From Candidatus Omnitrophota bacterium (GTDB lineage: Bacteria; Omnitrophota; Gorgyraeia; Zapsychrales; Fredricksoniimonadaceae): a DNA stretch of 64,000 nucleotides. Below the pieces are notes generated by a model. That model made no database searches. It was given only the letters and a program-made list of their open reading frames with translations, and was not told the DNA's origin. Both the position numbers and the translations under genes were made by a program. Positions 36,087 to 45,312 of this stretch are shown piece by piece. Every line of letters starts with the position of its first letter. Positions within the stretch are counted from its first letter, which is position 1. The stretch spans positions 23,461 through 87,460 of the forward strand of contig CAIUQE010000003.1 in assembly GCA_903901225.1 (NCBI GenBank). Direction: 5' to 3'.

Positions 36087-37055
36087 TCAATTGCCTTTTT
36101 TTAACAAATACAGGATGCGCTCCTGATTCGAACGGATGCGGTCCAGCATATCAGCCACGATGCCGATCACCAGAAAGACCGTCGCCATGCCCAGCAGGAA
36201 CGCGGCGCCGAACCCCGCGAACAAATACCCCGAAAAGGCCCCCGTCATGATGAAATGCGCCAGGAACAAACCCGCCAGCAAAAGACCCGGGAACGCGAAT
36301 ACCCCGGCGATACCCCAGAAAAACCGCAGGGGGAAATAATCCCGATAGCCGCGCAGGATGATCTTGGAAGCGTTGACCGCGTAATTAAAAATACTGCCGG
36401 CTACGCGCGACTTGCGGTCTTTGAAATATTCAACCCTGACGGACACCTCCATGATCGAAAGGCGCTTGACGGCGAAATCAAGGAAAGTTTCCTGGGTGTA
36501 CGTGAAGGCGCCATGAAGGTTCAGGCGCAACAACGCCTCCCGGCTGTAGCAGCGGAACCCGCACGAAACATCGGAATACCTCCTGCGGACCATGCGGCTG
36601 ATCAGCGCTGACATCATATGGTTGCCCACAAGTTTGACGCGTGGTATGCCCACGGTGGTGGCAGGGTCCAGGAACCTTGACGCTGTTGCCATGGCCGCCT
36701 GGCCGCTGACGACGGGCATGACCAGTTTGGGGATATCCCGCGGATCGAACTGGCGGTCACCGTCGATATTTACCATCAGGTCGTATTTATGTTCGACGGC
36801 ATAATTCACCGCCGACTGGAACGCCGCACCGACGCCGCAATTCACGGGATGCCGCAGGACCGTGGCGCCCGCTTTGGCCGCCTCGACTGATGTCGCGTCA
36901 CCGGAACCGTCATCAACGACCAGGATATCCACGCAACTCACGTCAGCGATCGCGCGCGGCACGCCGCGGATCACGGCAGCAATGGTCGGCGCCTCGTTTA
37001 GGCATGGTATGGCCACCAAAAGCCGGCCCTTATTCACGGGAAGATTTTGCGTCAT
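36087..37055 (-). CDS. family 2 glycosyltransferase (polyprenyl-phosphate sugar synthase, GtrB-like) with C-terminal TM
   Basis: VAIPCLNEAPTI, VVDDGSGDATS, IDGDRQFDP (DxD). C-terminal hydrophobic helices. Confidence 0.65.
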   Translation of the reverse strand: MTQNLPVNKGRLLVAIPCLNEAPTIAAVIRGVPRAIADVSCVDILVVDDGSGDATSVEAAKAGATVLRHPVNCGVGAAFQSAVNYAVEHKYDLMVNIDGDRQFDPRDIPKLVMPVVSGQAAMATASRFLDPATTVGIPRVKLVGNHMMSALISRMVRRRYSDVSCGFRCYSREALLRLNLHGAFTYTQETFLDFAVKRLSIMEVSVRVEYFKDRKSRVAGSIFNYAVNASKIILRGYRDYFPLRFFWGIAGVFAFPGLLLAGLFLAHFIMTGAFSGYLFAGFGAAFLLGMATVFLVIGIVADMLDRIRSNQERILYLLKKGN

Positions 37056-37070
37056 AAGCGGGATCCATTA

Positions 37071-37712
37071 TCATTTTTGTTTGGGCCGGCAATGCACCAC
37101 GATCCAGGGCAACGGCAATTTCACGGAAACGATCTCGGCATGCTCTGACAGGAACGCCACAAACTGCCTTGGCGACCAATGCTGAAGATGGCCCGGTGTA
37201 TTGCCCCATGCCGTCAGGTATTTGCCACGCATCATATTCAGGATCCGCCAGACCGGCTCCCGGGGAACGCTGACGATCAGGTCCTTTTTCGCCACCTCGA
37301 CCAGCTTCCTGAGGCCCGCGGCAGGGTCGGTCAGATGTTCCAGGACCTCACAACAGATCACGGTATCACTGGCATCTTCCGCGTTCAGCTCATAAATGTT
37401 CTTTTCAGCCAGCTGAAGGTCAAGCCCTCTTTTTTTCGACTCGACCCGCGCAGTGTCCAGCGATGCTGTTGATATATCACCCCCGCGCACCTTAAACCCG
37501 CGGGCCGCCAAAAGGCCAAGGATATGGCCCTCGCCGCAGCCGATCTCATGGACATCACGCGATCCGGCTTCCGTAACAGCCAGAACAACGGCGGTCATAA
37601 AACCATTGACGAGCTTTCTGGCGATCCAGTTGCCGGAATGGTACTTTTCGGCATGCGCCACTCCCGTGAAAAGTTCATCTGTTCTCACACATGCGCCTGA
37701 ATTTTTACCCAT
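37071..37712 (-). CDS. class I SAM-dependent methyltransferase
   Basis: Motif I VHEIGCGEGHIL, post-I GGDIS, and VLEHL region. Confidence 0.6.
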   Translation of the reverse strand: MGKNSGACVRTDELFTGVAHAEKYHSGNWIARKLVNGFMTAVVLAVTEAGSRDVHEIGCGEGHILGLLAARGFKVRGGDISTASLDTARVESKKRGLDLQLAEKNIYELNAEDASDTVICCEVLEHLTDPAAGLRKLVEVAKKDLIVSVPREPVWRILNMMRGKYLTAWGNTPGHLQHWSPRQFVAFLSEHAEIVSVKLPLPWIVVHCRPKQK

Positions 37713-37922
37713 GATCTTTGCGTATTAATATGTTTTATGAGAACAAGGCCTGTAACAGCATTTGCCAGACACGGGAATGCCGTATAATTTTTATAATATA
37801 GCAAACAATATCGCCGATAGGGAGCAAAACTTCTCTATTGCAGAACATTCCTGATTTATATACACTGACTGCGTTCCGTGATCCCGGATTTTGAACGCTT
37901 CTCAAAATAATATCGAGACCCT

Positions 37923-39458
37923 TTGATGAGAACCCTCACGGCCATTTTCTTCCTCGCGCTGTTCCTGCTCCTTCGGCCGTCGGCGCTGGGTTCAGGGGGG
38001 TTCTGGTATTCGGATGACGACCAGGACTATTTCGCGCACGCGTCGTCCATCGCCTACGGCCAATTCCCTCATTATGAAAAAGAATTCTTCAATAACAAAG
38101 GGCTTCCCCTGGCCGCGGTTGGCCCGGGGATACTCGCGGCCCCTTTCGTTTTTGTGTTTTCCCTGATCGACCGGATCACCCAGGCCCCTGTCATTCAAGC
38201 ACGCACGCGTGAAACCATCCTCCACAGCTGGTCGCTCTACGGCTTTATGGTCGCGACGATCTTTTATTTCTGGCTGGGTTGCGCCTTGCTTCACCAAGGG
38301 CTGCGCCGCCACTTTTCTTCAGCCGCCGCCACCTGGGCTGTCATTTTAATGATCTTATGCCAGGGACTTCCTCTTTTCGCTTTCCGAAGGCCTGTTTTTT
38401 CGCACATCTTTGAATTCTTCCTCCAAAGCAGCATGGTTTGTTTGTTCCTGATGTCAACCAGGAAAAATTGGACCTGGAAAAACTTCTCCCTCTCCAACAA
38501 CATGGCCATTGGCCTGCTGTGCGGATTGATCGTCCTTGTCCGGTATAACAATCTGCTGATAGCCCTGGCCTGGCCGATCATCCTCGCCCGGGCCAGTTGG
38601 CCTGACCTGAGAAACCACAAATTCTGGATCTGCGCGGGGACCATGTTCACAACAGCCGCCGCCATGATCCTGTTCTTCAAAATATGGCCGGGAACGCTTG
38701 TCCCGGAGGTCCCTTCTTACCTGACCAACAGCATCGTCATCCAGAAACTGGGGCATATCCAGTCGCCCCTGTTTTATACCCAAAGAACTATTACCATCCT
38801 TATTGGCCTGGATTGGGGACTGATATTTTCAGCGCCTTTCGCCTGCATCGCTCTTGTTACCATGATCAAACCCAGATCTTCGATCGACAAAAGTTTCCTT
38901 TGGTTGCTGGCTCCTTTAATTGTCAATGTGTACTGCGTCCTTAATTGGGGAACCCAGGGCGGCTGGTACGGCTACCGCTATCTCATTGCCTCCCTTTTTC
39001 CCTTGCTGGTCTACCCCTTCGCCAGGCAACTTGAGAATATGAAGAAACTTTCACAACGATCATGGGCCCATGGCATCATCCCGGCCATCGCGAGCCTTCC
39101 CTTGTTGTCCATGATCTGCTTTGAAGCCAGCGGCGGCCATTTCAATTTGTCGGTCCAGGGCGACCTCGGGTGGAGCAACGTTTCTTTCCAGCATCAGGTC
39201 TGGAAGACCTTCCTTTTTAAACCGGGCACGATGCTCGAGATTATCCTGGCCGCCGGGCCCACATATATCGCTTACCTGGCCCAGCACATCCTCTTCTGGC
39301 TTCATCTTTCCGTAAAACCATACTTTGACAAATATCCCGACCTTGAACCTGTGACCTTGATCAAAACAATTTTCCTGTACGCCCTGCCCTTCCTGCTGCA
39401 TTTTATCTGGCGGCGAGTCCAACAGCCAGGAGCCAAGGAGCTTCAGTCCAATGGTTGA
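37923..39458 (+). CDS. GT-C fold membrane glycosyltransferase (ArnT/PMT-like), ~13 TM
   Basis: Polytopic membrane protein. An acidic DD-QDY motif (YSDDDQDYFAHAS) in the first loop resembles the DExxY catalytic motif of GT-C enzymes. Confidence 0.45.
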   Translation: MMRTLTAIFFLALFLLLRPSALGSGGFWYSDDDQDYFAHASSIAYGQFPHYEKEFFNNKGLPLAAVGPGILAAPFVFVFSLIDRITQAPVIQARTRETILHSWSLYGFMVATIFYFWLGCALLHQGLRRHFSSAAATWAVILMILCQGLPLFAFRRPVFSHIFEFFLQSSMVCLFLMSTRKNWTWKNFSLSNNMAIGLLCGLIVLVRYNNLLIALAWPIILARASWPDLRNHKFWICAGTMFTTAAAMILFFKIWPGTLVPEVPSYLTNSIVIQKLGHIQSPLFYTQRTITILIGLDWGLIFSAPFACIALVTMIKPRSSIDKSFLWLLAPLIVNVYCVLNWGTQGGWYGYRYLIASLFPLLVYPFARQLENMKKLSQRSWAHGIIPAIASLPLLSMICFEASGGHFNLSVQGDLGWSNVSFQHQVWKTFLFKPGTMLEIILAAGPTYIAYLAQHILFWLHLSVKPYFDKYPDLEPVTLIKTIFLYALPFLLHFIWRRVQQPGAKELQSNG

Positions 39459-40167
39459 TCCCACCAGCAGAGCACCCCTTCATTTCTTGATACGCGCGGG
39501 AACATTCTGCCTGCTGACCTACATTCTCATCCTGGGCCTGTTCCTGGCCAGCCAGCCTTTTGTCCCCGCAACAGACATCTCAAAAGCCAGATTCAGCACA
39601 CTCGACAGCCTCCGCCCGGAAAACTGGACTTACCTGTTGTCCGTGGTCAATGAAAAAAAACCTTATGACCAAAGGTTATTAAAAGATTTCCTGCGGTATT
39701 TCAACGCCGTCGACCAGGAGATCCCCGACCAGCCCGAGATCCTCGGCCTTCTGGGGTTCATTCATTTTCATTTGCACAAGGACGACCAGGCGATCGCTTT
39801 CTATAAAAAAGCGATCGAAAAAGAGCCGGATTGCTTCTGGTTCTATCACAATCTGGCTCTGATCTACTTCAAGAACGGGCGAAAGAACGAAGCCCTCACG
39901 GTCGGTATCCAGGCCATAAAACTGGACCCCAAAGCAACATTCCAATATATGCAAAGGCCTTCGGCCATCCACCCGCCGCTGCAAACTTATGCCATGCCTT
40001 CGTCTTACAATAATAATACCGCCGCTTTCGTCAGGGGCGGTTACGCGGATATGCTTTTTTTGATCAGGTCGATCCTTGACGATCAGGGCAAAGAATCCAA
40101 CTTTGAATCGGCAGGTTTTAAAGATAACGAGCTCCCGCGGGCTGAACCTTCTCTGGCCGTTTATTAA
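39451..40167 (+). CDS. TPR-repeat protein with N-terminal TM helix
   Basis: TPR-like AIAFYKKAIEKEPDCFWFYHNLALIYFKNGRKNEAL. Start overlaps the upstream stop (ATGGTTGA). Confidence 0.45.
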   Translation: MVDPTSRAPLHFLIRAGTFCLLTYILILGLFLASQPFVPATDISKARFSTLDSLRPENWTYLLSVVNEKKPYDQRLLKDFLRYFNAVDQEIPDQPEILGLLGFIHFHLHKDDQAIAFYKKAIEKEPDCFWFYHNLALIYFKNGRKNEALTVGIQAIKLDPKATFQYMQRPSAIHPPLQTYAMPSSYNNNTAAFVRGGYADMLFLIRSILDDQGKESNFESAGFKDNELPRAEPSLAVY

Positions 40168-40246
40168 CGCGGGCGCCCCTCCTTGACCGTCCGCATAATT
40201 CTGCTATAGTTTCCCTTACTCAATAAATTTCTACGAAGGACGTATT

Positions 40247-41656
40247 ATGCCATCCACACAACTTGCCATCATCGGCGCCGGCCCCGGCGGTTACACGGCG
40301 GCATTCCGCGCCGCGGACCTGGGCCTCACGGTCACGCTCATTGACGAAAACCCGTCGCTGGGGGGCACTTGCCTCAACCGCGGCTGCATCCCGTCCAAAG
40401 CCCTCCTGCATGCCGCGATGGTCATCCGCGAAGCTGCCGACGCGAAAGCCATGGGCCTTGAATTCGCCGCGCCGTCCCTTGACGTCGACAAACTCCGCGC
40501 GTGGAAAGACGGCATCGTGACGCGCCTTACCACGGGGCTTGCCCAGCTGGCCAAAGCGCGCAATGTCACGCTCATCCGGGGCCGGGCAAAGTTCCTGAAT
40601 CCGAAACAGCTGGAGATCAGAAATCCCGACGGTACCATGCAGCTTCTGGCAACGGACAAAGTGATCATCGCCACCGGCGCGCGCCCCGCGGCACTCCCTT
40701 TCCTGCCGCCATCACCCCTTGTCTGGGATTCGACCACGGCCCTTTCCCTGCCCTGTGTCCCCGCGTCCCTGCTGATCATCGGCGGCGGTTACATCGGGCT
40801 GGAACTCGGAACGGTTTACGCCGCGCTGGGCAGCAAGGTGACAGTCGTCGAAGCCCTTCCCTCGCTCTTGTCTTCCGCGGACAAAGACCTCGCAGATATC
40901 GTGACGCGGCGGCTGCGAAGAACTTTTTCCAAGATCCTGTGCGGGACACGCGTGAATGCCGCCGAAGAATGCGCAGAAGGCATCCGGGTCACCTTCCAGG
41001 ACGACAAGGGCCAGACATCGCAGGAAACCTTCGCCAACATCCTTTCATGCGTCGGGCGCGTTCCCGACACCACCGGCCTGGGGCTTGAAACAACCTCGAT
41101 CGTCGTGACGGATAAAGGGACCATCGACGTGGACGCCCAACGCCGCACGCGAGAACATGATATTTTCGCCATCGGCGACATCACCGCGGGCCCCATGCTG
41201 GCGCATAAAGCTTCTTCCGAGGCCAAGGTCGCGGCGGACGCGGCGGCCGACTACGGCACCAGCTTTGAACCAAAGGCCATTCCCTGTGTCGTGTTCACGG
41301 ACCCGGAGCTGGCGTGGTGCGGTGTAACCGAGCAGGAAGCCCGCGCGAAAGGCCTCGACATCACGGTATCAAAATTCCCATGGGGAGCCTCAGGCCGCGC
41401 CATGACACTGGGACGTGCGGACGGAATGACCAAGGTTATCGCGGATACGCGCACGGGGCGCATCCTGGGGGTTGGCATTGCGGGGATCCACGCGGGAGAG
41501 CTGATCGCGCAGGGCGCTCTCGCGATCGAGACGGGCATGAAAGCACAGGACCTGGAGCTGACCATCCAGCCCCATCCCACGCTTTCCGAAACATTGATGG
41601 AAACAGCCGAAGGTTTGTTCAGCCACCCCATCCATATCATCAAAGAAAAAAGCTAA
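40247..41656 (+). CDS. lpdA: dihydrolipoyl dehydrogenase
   Basis: FAD motif AIIGAGPGGY, redox-active disulfide GGTCLNRGCIPSK, NAD motif IIGGGYIGLE, and C-terminal HPT interface motif. Confidence 0.85.
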   Translation: MPSTQLAIIGAGPGGYTAAFRAADLGLTVTLIDENPSLGGTCLNRGCIPSKALLHAAMVIREAADAKAMGLEFAAPSLDVDKLRAWKDGIVTRLTTGLAQLAKARNVTLIRGRAKFLNPKQLEIRNPDGTMQLLATDKVIIATGARPAALPFLPPSPLVWDSTTALSLPCVPASLLIIGGGYIGLELGTVYAALGSKVTVVEALPSLLSSADKDLADIVTRRLRRTFSKILCGTRVNAAEECAEGIRVTFQDDKGQTSQETFANILSCVGRVPDTTGLGLETTSIVVTDKGTIDVDAQRRTREHDIFAIGDITAGPMLAHKASSEAKVAADAAADYGTSFEPKAIPCVVFTDPELAWCGVTEQEARAKGLDITVSKFPWGASGRAMTLGRADGMTKVIADTRTGRILGVGIAGIHAGELIAQGALAIETGMKAQDLELTIQPHPTLSETLMETAEGLFSHPIHIIKEKS

Positions 41657-42087
41657 CGCCGCGCGCTATCGCCGACACGGATGCCGCTCCTTGCCGCGGC
41701 GCCCGCCGGGATCTCGAGGACACAGAGGGCTTTGACCGCGGGTGTGTAAACGGGGCATTCTTCCGCGCGGCACGGGGGGACATTGGGCCGGATAAAAACG
41801 ACCCGTTGCTCTTTGTCCAGCCAGAGCATGTCGATGGCAAATGACATGTTCTTCATCCAGAAAGGATAAATGTCCTCCTGGTCAAAAACAAAGAACATCC
41901 CCCGCCCTTCGGCCAGCTCCGGGCGGAACATCAGCCCCCGGGCGCGCTCTTCATCCGTACGCATAGTCTCGACGGAAAAACATGTTCTTCCAAAACAAAT
42001 ATTATCCTGCGCGTGAGAACACCCGCAGGCCGCGAACACCCACGCGGCCAGCATCAGAACGAAACGCTCACGGCGCATGGTCTTCAC
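41653..42087 (-). CDS. DUF192 (COG1430) secreted protein
   Basis: Signal peptide/lipobox AACGCS, and MFFVF...PFWMKNM...IDMLWLD, typical of DUF192. Confidence 0.5.
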   Translation of the reverse strand: MKTMRRERFVLMLAAWVFAACGCSHAQDNICFGRTCFSVETMRTDEERARGLMFRPELAEGRGMFFVFDQEDIYPFWMKNMSFAIDMLWLDKEQRVVFIRPNVPPCRAEECPVYTPAVKALCVLEIPAGAAARSGIRVGDSARR

Positions 42088-43444
42088 CCGTCATGCGGAC
42101 ATAATCGCGGAAACTCAATTCTCCCTTGATGATCCTGTCGGCCGCGGCGATGCGCTGGTAGGTATAAGGATGCGTGCGGCCGTACATTTTCGGGCGGATC
42201 GGCTGCTTGCGGTCATACGCCTGGAGGTTCTCAAGCATGGCCACCATGCCCGTGGGAACGAACCCGGCGGCTTTCATGTATTTGACGCCGAGCGCGTCGG
42301 CCTGCAGTTCGTCATCCTGAGAATACGCCACGAACATCGCGTCCATCACCGCGGCAAGCCCGCCCGCCGCCATGCTGCGCGTGGTGACCGCCGCGAGGAC
42401 GAGCGCCAGATTTCCGTAAGACGCCTCGAGGCGCTTGATGCTGTGGCGCGCGGCGATATGGGCCATCTCATGGGCCATCACCGCCGCCAGCTGGTCGTCA
42501 TCCTTGATATAGTCCATCAGCCCTTTAAAAACGTAAATATAACCGCCCGGCAGGGAGACCGCGTTCACCATGGGCTCCTCGCCTTTCAGCTTCTTTTCCT
42601 CCACGACTTTCGCGACATAGACCAGTTCCTTGCGGTCCGATACCTTCGCCAGCCGCGCCATGATATTGTCGACGCGCGCGTTGAGCCCCGCGTCCTCGAC
42701 CACCTTGAATTCCTTTTCCAGTTCCTGGGAGACCGCCGCGCCGATCTGCTGTTCACGGTCGGTCGAATACGCCGTCATCTCCTGCGCCCCCGTGGCGGTA
42801 TTGAAGCTTGTGCTCAGGCCCCCGCACCCCGAAAGGCCGGCCGCGGCCGTGGCCATCACAAGGAGCATCAAGGCGCGCACGCCGAATTTCTTCAGCATCG
42901 CCGCCAGCTTCGCCAGCGGAAGGCCGACAACATTGAAATAACAACCTTCAATGCGCGGGATAAAAAGCCCGCCGCGGCCTTCGATGTCAAAACCGCCGGC
43001 CTTGTCCATGGGCGGGACTTCCCGGTGATAGCGGTCGATCTCGGCGTCATCCAGGGGGTTCATGAAAACCCGGGTCCGCTCATACTCCACCAGGCTTTTC
43101 CCCGTCGAGGTGTCGATGAGCGCCAGGCCCGTATAGACCCAGTGCGGTTCTTCCATCAACAACTTCAGGTGCTTTTTCGCGTCCGGCAGGTCTTTGGGTT
43201 TAAGGACAAGCTTGCCGCGGGCGTAAACGACCGTGTCGGCCCCGATCACGATGGCCGGCCCCCGGGTCTCCTCGGCAACATCCAGGGCCTTGATGAACGC
43301 GTTCTCTTTCACAAGATCAGCGACATTGGTCCGGATCGTGTCGATCTCAACGGCCTTTGAGCGGCGCACGACGAAAGGGATCTTCAGGAGCTTCATGAGG
43401 TTCTTGCGCTGCGCGGAAGCGGAGGCGAGGATCAGTTTTTTCAT
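42068..43444 (-). CDS. in-frame fusion of Maf nucleotide pyrophosphatase and M48 (BepA/YcaL-like) lipoprotein metalloprotease
   Basis: Maf: ILASASAQRKNLM, GADTVV, NVVGLPL. Then a lipoprotein signal with lipobox (MLKKFGVRALMLLVMATAAAGLSGC). Then M48: HEMAHIAARH, DELQADALG. No stop codon between the two halves. Confidence 0.55.
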   Translation of the reverse strand: MKKLILASASAQRKNLMKLLKIPFVVRRSKAVEIDTIRTNVADLVKENAFIKALDVAEETRGPAIVIGADTVVYARGKLVLKPKDLPDAKKHLKLLMEEPHWVYTGLALIDTSTGKSLVEYERTRVFMNPLDDAEIDRYHREVPPMDKAGGFDIEGRGGLFIPRIEGCYFNVVGLPLAKLAAMLKKFGVRALMLLVMATAAAGLSGCGGLSTSFNTATGAQEMTAYSTDREQQIGAAVSQELEKEFKVVEDAGLNARVDNIMARLAKVSDRKELVYVAKVVEEKKLKGEEPMVNAVSLPGGYIYVFKGLMDYIKDDDQLAAVMAHEMAHIAARHSIKRLEASYGNLALVLAAVTTRSMAAGGLAAVMDAMFVAYSQDDELQADALGVKYMKAAGFVPTGMVAMLENLQAYDRKQPIRPKMYGRTHPYTYQRIAAADRIIKGELSFRDYVRMTGEDHAP

Positions 43445-43461
43445 GGCCGGGATCTTTCGTG

Positions 43462-44043
43462 TCAGTCCTTGAGGAATTCCTGGGCAGTAAAGAGAGACAA
43501 AAGTTCCACCCCGCGGGCCGCCAGTATTTCTTTGGCCCCGTCCTGGCGGTCGATGATGCAGGCGCAGGCCGCGGGCTTGAGCCCGTCGGCGGCAAGCGCG
43601 TCAATGGAATGGATGAACGCTTTGCCGGTCGTGGCCACGTCATCAATGAGGACAATGCGGTCCGCCTCGGAAAGCGCGGGCCCCTCGACCATGCGGCCCT
43701 TGCCATGGCCCTTGGGTTCCTTGCGGATGATGAACGTCTTCACCGGCCGCCCTTCAAGAAAGCTCACCGCGCCCACCGCGCCCACCATGGGATCAGCACC
43801 CAATGTCGGCCCGCCGATCGCGGTCGGCGATTTGTCCTTGACGAGGTCGCGGATCAGTTTGCCGCAAAGGAACGCCCCCTCGGCGGATAATGTGACCAGG
43901 CGCGCGTCAAGGTAGTAATTGCTGGTCTTGCCTGAAGAAAGGGTGAATTCCCCCCGGAAAAAAGCCTGGTTCTTGAGGATCACGAACAGTCGTTTTTTGC
44001 AATCGGCGATCGATGTGTTCAGCATGGAAATGACCTTTCTCAA
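43462..44043 (-). CDS. pyrE: orotate phosphoribosyltransferase
   Basis: PRPP-binding VLIDDVATTGKA and N-terminal SSGKTSNYYLD. Confidence 0.8.
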   Translation of the reverse strand: MRKVISMLNTSIADCKKRLFVILKNQAFFRGEFTLSSGKTSNYYLDARLVTLSAEGAFLCGKLIRDLVKDKSPTAIGGPTLGADPMVGAVGAVSFLEGRPVKTFIIRKEPKGHGKGRMVEGPALSEADRIVLIDDVATTGKAFIHSIDALAADGLKPAACACIIDRQDGAKEILAARGVELLSLFTAQEFLKD

Positions 44044-44411
44044 TTGGATGACGTTGGAACGTCAAGCTTCCGGCGGCGCGCCTCGAAAAGGAGCTGGACC
44101 CGGTATTTCAACAGCGCCTTGTACCTTTTGTATTCTTTCGGCGTGAACCCGCTGGTCACGTGGAACGTCTTGGTGGCTTCGATCTCGACGGCCGTGTCAA
44201 TATAAGCATCCACCAGCTTGTCATCGCTGGCCAGTGAAATATCCCGGGAACCCAGGATCTTGACCTCATCCGCCGGAGCTTCTTTCTCGATGGTATAACT
44301 CCCGTCCCCGGCATCGCTCAACGTCCGTTGCGGAGCCGTCAATGGTTCGGCGAAAGCCTGCGCCCCGCCCCAACACACGACCACCACAATGACCATCCAT
44401 GTACGCTTCAT
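44040..44411 (-). CDS. secreted hypothetical protein
   Basis: Signal peptide MKRTWMVIVVVVCWGGAQAFA. 123 aa. Confidence 0.35.
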   Translation of the reverse strand: MKRTWMVIVVVVCWGGAQAFAEPLTAPQRTLSDAGDGSYTIEKEAPADEVKILGSRDISLASDDKLVDAYIDTAVEIEATKTFHVTSGFTPKEYKRYKALLKYRVQLLFEARRRKLDVPTSSN

Positions 44412-44562
44412 GATCTGCCTCCTTGCGTGTGGCCTCTATTGACCGATACCGTCGACCCCGCGGCCTTGTCCATCGATAAAAATATTGTAGATTATTCAAA
44501 ATCATGCACAAGAAGAATGTGAATTTTTTGACACCTCCGGAAGCGTCCTATATAATGCGGCC

Positions 44563-45312
44563 GTGATCAACAGCATCTGGACAGGCCTGGTCGATATTGT
44601 TTTCCCGCGCAACTGCGTGCTGTGCCGGGCCTGGCATCCTGCCACCGCCCGTGACCCGCTCTGTCCCGCCTGCCGCGCGAGCCTCGCCTGGAACACGCCG
44701 CCCTTTTGTGTCCGCTGCTCGCGGCATCTCGATACGGTGAGCGAAGAAAGCCTGTGCCCGTCGTGCCGGGCCCACCCGCCGCATTTTGACGAAGGCTGGG
44801 CCATCACGCGTTACGAAGGGCCGGCGCGGGAGATCCTGCACAAGTTCAAATTCCAGGACAAGACTTCGCTGCGGCGCACGTTCACGACCCTTCTGAACCA
44901 GTTCATCACCCGTTACGACCTTCGTTTCCCGGGAGATCCCTGGGTCATCCCGGTCCCGCTGCACGGGACGCGGCTGAGGGAGCGCGGTTACAACCAGGCC
45001 GCGCTGCTCGCCGCCGGCGTGGCTGAGGAACTTTCCTTAACGTTAAGGGAGGACATCCTGGAACGCGCCCGTTCCACCCCGCGCCAGAGCGAACTTGGCG
45101 CAAAAGAGCGCTGGACAAACGTCAAGGGCGCTTTTAGAATAAAAAACCCCGCGGCCATCGCCGGGCGCGCGGTCATCCTCGTGGATGATGTCCTGACAAC
45201 AGCAGCGACGGCCTCCGAAGCCGCGAAAACCCTCAAAGACGCGGGAGCGTCGAGGGTCACCCTTATCACATTGGCCATAGCCCCATGCGGATCCTGCGCA
45301 ATTACATCCTGA
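44563..45312 (+). CDS. comF: ComF family protein (double zinc ribbon plus phosphoribosyltransferase)
   Basis: Cys pairs CVLCRA...CPACRA...CVRCSR...CPSCRA, and PRTase motif ILVDDVLTTAATA. Confidence 0.65.
   Translation: MINSIWTGLVDIVFPRNCVLCRAWHPATARDPLCPACRASLAWNTPPFCVRCSRHLDTVSEESLCPSCRAHPPHFDEGWAITRYEGPAREILHKFKFQDKTSLRRTFTTLLNQFITRYDLRFPGDPWVIPVPLHGTRLRERGYNQAALLAAGVAEELSLTLREDILERARSTPRQSELGAKERWTNVKGAFRIKNPAAIAGRAVILVDDVLTTAATASEAAKTLKDAGASRVTLITLAIAPCGSCAITS

Noticed and set aside
42077-43360. Long plus-strand ORF (427 aa) antisense to the Maf-M48 gene. Similar long antisense ORFs sit at 34323..35414, 44988..46283, 48398..49390, 50522..51673, 51418..52134, 52421..53245, 54057..55019, 59896..60708, 61836..62981 and 62994..63779.
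   Set aside because: High-GC DNA suppresses stop codons on the non-coding strand. In every case the opposite strand encodes a protein with clear conserved motifs, while these ORFs are Arg/Pro/Gly-rich and low-complexity.
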